Positions 61,515 to 64,000 of a DNA stretch of 64,000 nucleotides are shown piece by piece. Positions within the stretch are counted from its first letter, which is position 1. Each line of letters begins with the position of its first letter. The notes beneath the pieces are model-generated. The model worked only from the letters and a program-made list of their open reading frames with translations, made no database searches and was not told the DNA's origin. The position numbers were made by a program, and so were the translations under genes. Origin of the DNA: Leptospiraceae bacterium (GTDB lineage: Bacteria > Spirochaetota > Leptospiria > Leptospirales > Leptonemataceae); contig JAVJNR010000004.1 of assembly GCA_040217195.1 (NCBI GenBank), positions 352,001 to 416,000 on the forward strand. The letters are read 5' to 3'.

Positions 61515-61539
61515 GGTTCGTTTATGGAGGAGAGAGCCG

Positions 61540-62553
61540 CTAACGAAGGTCATCCACCGGACCGTCCACATTCGGTTCGCCGGGATAATAGTATTCTGGC
61601 AGTGGCGTAAAGGCCGGGTAGAACTGAGAATCGTCGAACAATTTGTCAGGAAAATGGTAGAAATCCGATTCTTTTAGTACCGGTGGTGACTCTCTGAGCA
61701 GTACCAGAGAAGATGTATATTTATCTTCGCAGCTTTCTGATTTAACATTAAGCAAGTTGCCGGGAATTCCGTAGATTTTCTGCAATTCGCAACGAGTGAT
61801 CTCCTGCAGCTTCATCAGATCTGCCCAGGCTTTCTGTCCATCCTCGAATTTTTCTCCCTGCGCTTCCTCTAGCAGGAAGTATAGCTCCGGCTGAAACACT
61901 TCTTCGGTAGGATTCCCACGACCTCGATACAATCTATAAGGATAATGACCTTCCACCGCACGGATTAGCCTGGAAATATCGCATCGGGCTGCATAGGAAA
62001 GCTTGCGAGCTTTGTAATCTTCGCTTTTTACATCCACTGCACGAATATCATCGCCTGTGGTGTTTCGCGCACCATTCAGACACTGAAGGGTCATTCTTAG
62101 AATTTGAACTTCTGGCATAAAGTACCGGTCTTCGCCAATTCGGGTTACTGCAATGCTTTCACTTGCTCTTTGAACCAGTCCCATATCCAGATAAAGGGTG
62201 AACAACCGTCCCAGAACCTTGAAGTCAAAGCTGCGGCTCAGAGACTTTTCCATCATCGTAAGACCGGTAACCGAAGTAAGTCTTCGTAAGCTCAGCAATA
62301 CACCTACTCCGGCCTGTCCCTGAGGAGAGTCGGAAATCCTGGAAGCTCTTTCGAAACGTTCCAGGGCACGATCGATGTCACCGGAGGCCAGGAACTCCTC
62401 TCCCTCCTGAACAAGATCCTGCTGACGCGAACATCCGGCCAGTGCCAGAATCGATAATAATGCTGCGGTACATAGAAATCCCGGGCATCGAATCATATTT
62501 CTGAGCCATGCAAAAAACCGGAGGAAACAAGAATTCAGTTCGATGGTATTCAT
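61540..62553 (-). CDS. TPR-containing lipoprotein
   Basis: LAGC lipobox; GEEFLASGDIDRALERFERA. Confidence 0.7.
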   Translation of the reverse strand: MNTIELNSCFLRFFAWLRNMIRCPGFLCTAALLSILALAGCSRQQDLVQEGEEFLASGDIDRALERFERASRISDSPQGQAGVGVLLSLRRLTSVTGLTMMEKSLSRSFDFKVLGRLFTLYLDMGLVQRASESIAVTRIGEDRYFMPEVQILRMTLQCLNGARNTTGDDIRAVDVKSEDYKARKLSYAARCDISRLIRAVEGHYPYRLYRGRGNPTEEVFQPELYFLLEEAQGEKFEDGQKAWADLMKLQEITRCELQKIYGIPGNLLNVKSESCEDKYTSSLVLLRESPPVLKESDFYHFPDKLFDDSQFYPAFTPLPEYYYPGEPNVDGPVDDLR

Positions 62554-62568
62554 AATCCAGAGCAGCGA

Positions 62569-63552
62569 TTACACTCGGGCTTTCTTTTGATATACGGACC
62601 ACATACTCTTAACCAGAGTATTGGCATCGGAATACTTTGCCTTCCAGCCCAACAGCTCATGGGCTTTCTTCGCACTGGCCACCAGAGATGCAGGATCGCC
62701 TGGTCTACGAGGTGCCTCATCCACAGCAATGGCATGCCCGGTAACTTTTCTCGCTTCATCTATGATTTCCTGGACCGAAAGTCCCTGTTCCGATCCGAGG
62801 TTCACGGTCAGACTCCGACCTTCCCGTTTCAAATACTCCATAGCCAGAATATGAGCGGAGGATAGATCGTTTGTATGAATATAATCCCGGATACATGTAC
62901 CGTCCGGAGTATCGTAGTCTTTGCCGAACAGTTGCATTCTGGGCCTCATTCCACTGGCCACTTCCATGACAATTGGCAGCAGATTCTGGGGTCGATTTTC
63001 CAGACCAAGAACACGACCATGAATATCGTATCCTGCAGCATTAAAATACCGCAAAGAGGCAAAACGCAGGCCTGTTAACTCGGACATCCAGGACAGGTTT
63101 TGCTCCATAACCAGCTTTGTAAATCCATAGTAGTTAATGGGCTTTCTGGGATGATTTTCATCCATGGGCACATATTCCGGGGTACCATAAACGGCTGCAC
63201 TGGAGCTAAATACCAGATTCTTCACACCGGCCTGAACCATTCTTTCTACCAGATGAAAGGTTCCCCGGACATTGTTCGCACTATATTTTGCTGGCTCCAC
63301 CATAGATTCTCCGGCGGCCTTCAAAGCGGCGAAATGGAAAACTGTGTCCATGGGATGAGAAAAGAAGGAATCCAGGTCTTTCTCGGAACCCACATCTCCT
63401 TCTATAAAGGAAACATTCTCGGATTGGGGCAAATTTTCTGGATTTCCGGTGACTAAATTGTCCAGAAGCACCAGTTCATGCCCGGATTCCAGCAAATCAT
63501 GAACGATGTGGGCGGCGATATATCCGGCCCCACCGGTAATTCCGATCTTCAT
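62569..63552 (-). CDS. galE: UDP-glucose 4-epimerase
   Basis: TGGAGYI, HFAA.K.AGES, FSSSAAVYG, YGFTK, LRYFN, DGTCIRDYIH. Confidence 0.95.
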   Translation of the reverse strand: MKIGITGGAGYIAAHIVHDLLESGHELVLLDNLVTGNPENLPQSENVSFIEGDVGSEKDLDSFFSHPMDTVFHFAALKAAGESMVEPAKYSANNVRGTFHLVERMVQAGVKNLVFSSSAAVYGTPEYVPMDENHPRKPINYYGFTKLVMEQNLSWMSELTGLRFASLRYFNAAGYDIHGRVLGLENRPQNLLPIVMEVASGMRPRMQLFGKDYDTPDGTCIRDYIHTNDLSSAHILAMEYLKREGRSLTVNLGSEQGLSVQEIIDEARKVTGHAIAVDEAPRRPGDPASLVASAKKAHELLGWKAKYSDANTLVKSMWSVYQKKARV

Positions 63553-63673
63553 GCTTCTGACTAACCTCGAATTTCTCTTGAAAACGGCCCGACGGCAGGA
63601 AACCCTGTTCGCAGGGAGCTACGGCACTGGATGCCGGCGGTGGTCTACCCTGTAAACGAAAAAGGAGAACCTC

Positions 63674-63859
63674 ATGTCTGAAGAAAAAGAACAACTGGTT
63701 GTGGCGAGCAAAACACGAGCCTATATCAAGTCCCAGGGCTGCATGGTTTCGGCTGATGCGGTGGAGCAATTGAACAAAAAGATATACGAAATTATCGACG
63801 CTGCCATTCAAAGAACCAAGGACAACAAGAGATCCACTCTACGTCCGCACGACTTCTAA
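63674..63859 (+). CDS. Bacterial histone-fold protein (singlet histone)
   Basis: AGGAG SD; LVVASK.R..IK, long alpha2 helix, KRSTLRPHDF C-terminal histone L2/alpha3 signature. Confidence 0.85.
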   Translation: MSEEKEQLVVASKTRAYIKSQGCMVSADAVEQLNKKIYEIIDAAIQRTKDNKRSTLRPHDF

Positions 63860-63880
63860 GACCCAAAGGGCAAGATCAAA

Positions 63881-64000
63881 ATGCCTCCAGGAGTGAAAGT
63901 TATAAAATGGCCCTACAAAGAGGCTCCCACGGAAGAATCAGTTTCCAGGGAGCTGGAGGGCTTTGGTTTTCAGGTATACGACCTTCAGACCTGCGAACCC
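63881..64000 (+). CDS. 5' part of a CDS (possibly cupin-like), truncated by the window end
   Basis: ATG 21 bp after the histone stop; open frame MPPGVKVIKWPYKEAPTEESVSRELEGFGFQVYDLQTCEP. Confidence 0.5.
   Translation, partial: MPPGVKVIKWPYKEAPTEESVSRELEGFGFQVYDLQTCEP

Noticed and set aside
1..64000. CRISPR arrays, tRNA/rRNA genes, IS elements, prophage or defence systems
   Set aside because: No regularly spaced repeats, cloverleaf motifs, transposase/integrase or phage genes were recognised by eye

Overview
Gene-dense chromosomal segment, by eye about 50% GC, from a spirochete of the Leptospiraceae. Marker genes are an OmpL1-like porin, a LipL71/LruA-like LysM lipoprotein, fliI-fliJ-flbB, a spiro-SPASM protein and an Lsa36-like protein. 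Most genes are housekeeping (leuS, map, tgt, aroC, purH/purN, tsaE/tsaB, RNase R, carA, galE, dus, two RluA enzymes), interspersed with signalling genes (two EAL phosphodiesterases, STAS, a PP2C phosphatase, PTS enzyme I) and lipoproteins. I saw no rRNA, tRNA, CRISPR array, prophage or IS element. The most notable observations are: (1) a 61-aa bacterial histone-fold protein; (2) a CFA-synthase-like methylase paired with a geranylgeranyl-reductase-like gene, resembling a 10-methyl branched fatty acid operon; (3) an MshEN-like domain fused to a PP2C phosphatase and coupled to a divergent enzyme I next to flagellar export genes; (4) a histone-H1-like KK(S/T)x insert inside LeuRS, plus other basic tags; (5) a recurring leaderless promoter architecture with the -35 box 34-35 bp before the start codon; (6) a spiro-SPASM/SpsF/SpsG-like cluster; (7) a secreted Het-C-like metallohydrolase and a probable S41 pseudoprotease. 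All family assignments come from motif recognition by eye; no database searches were run.
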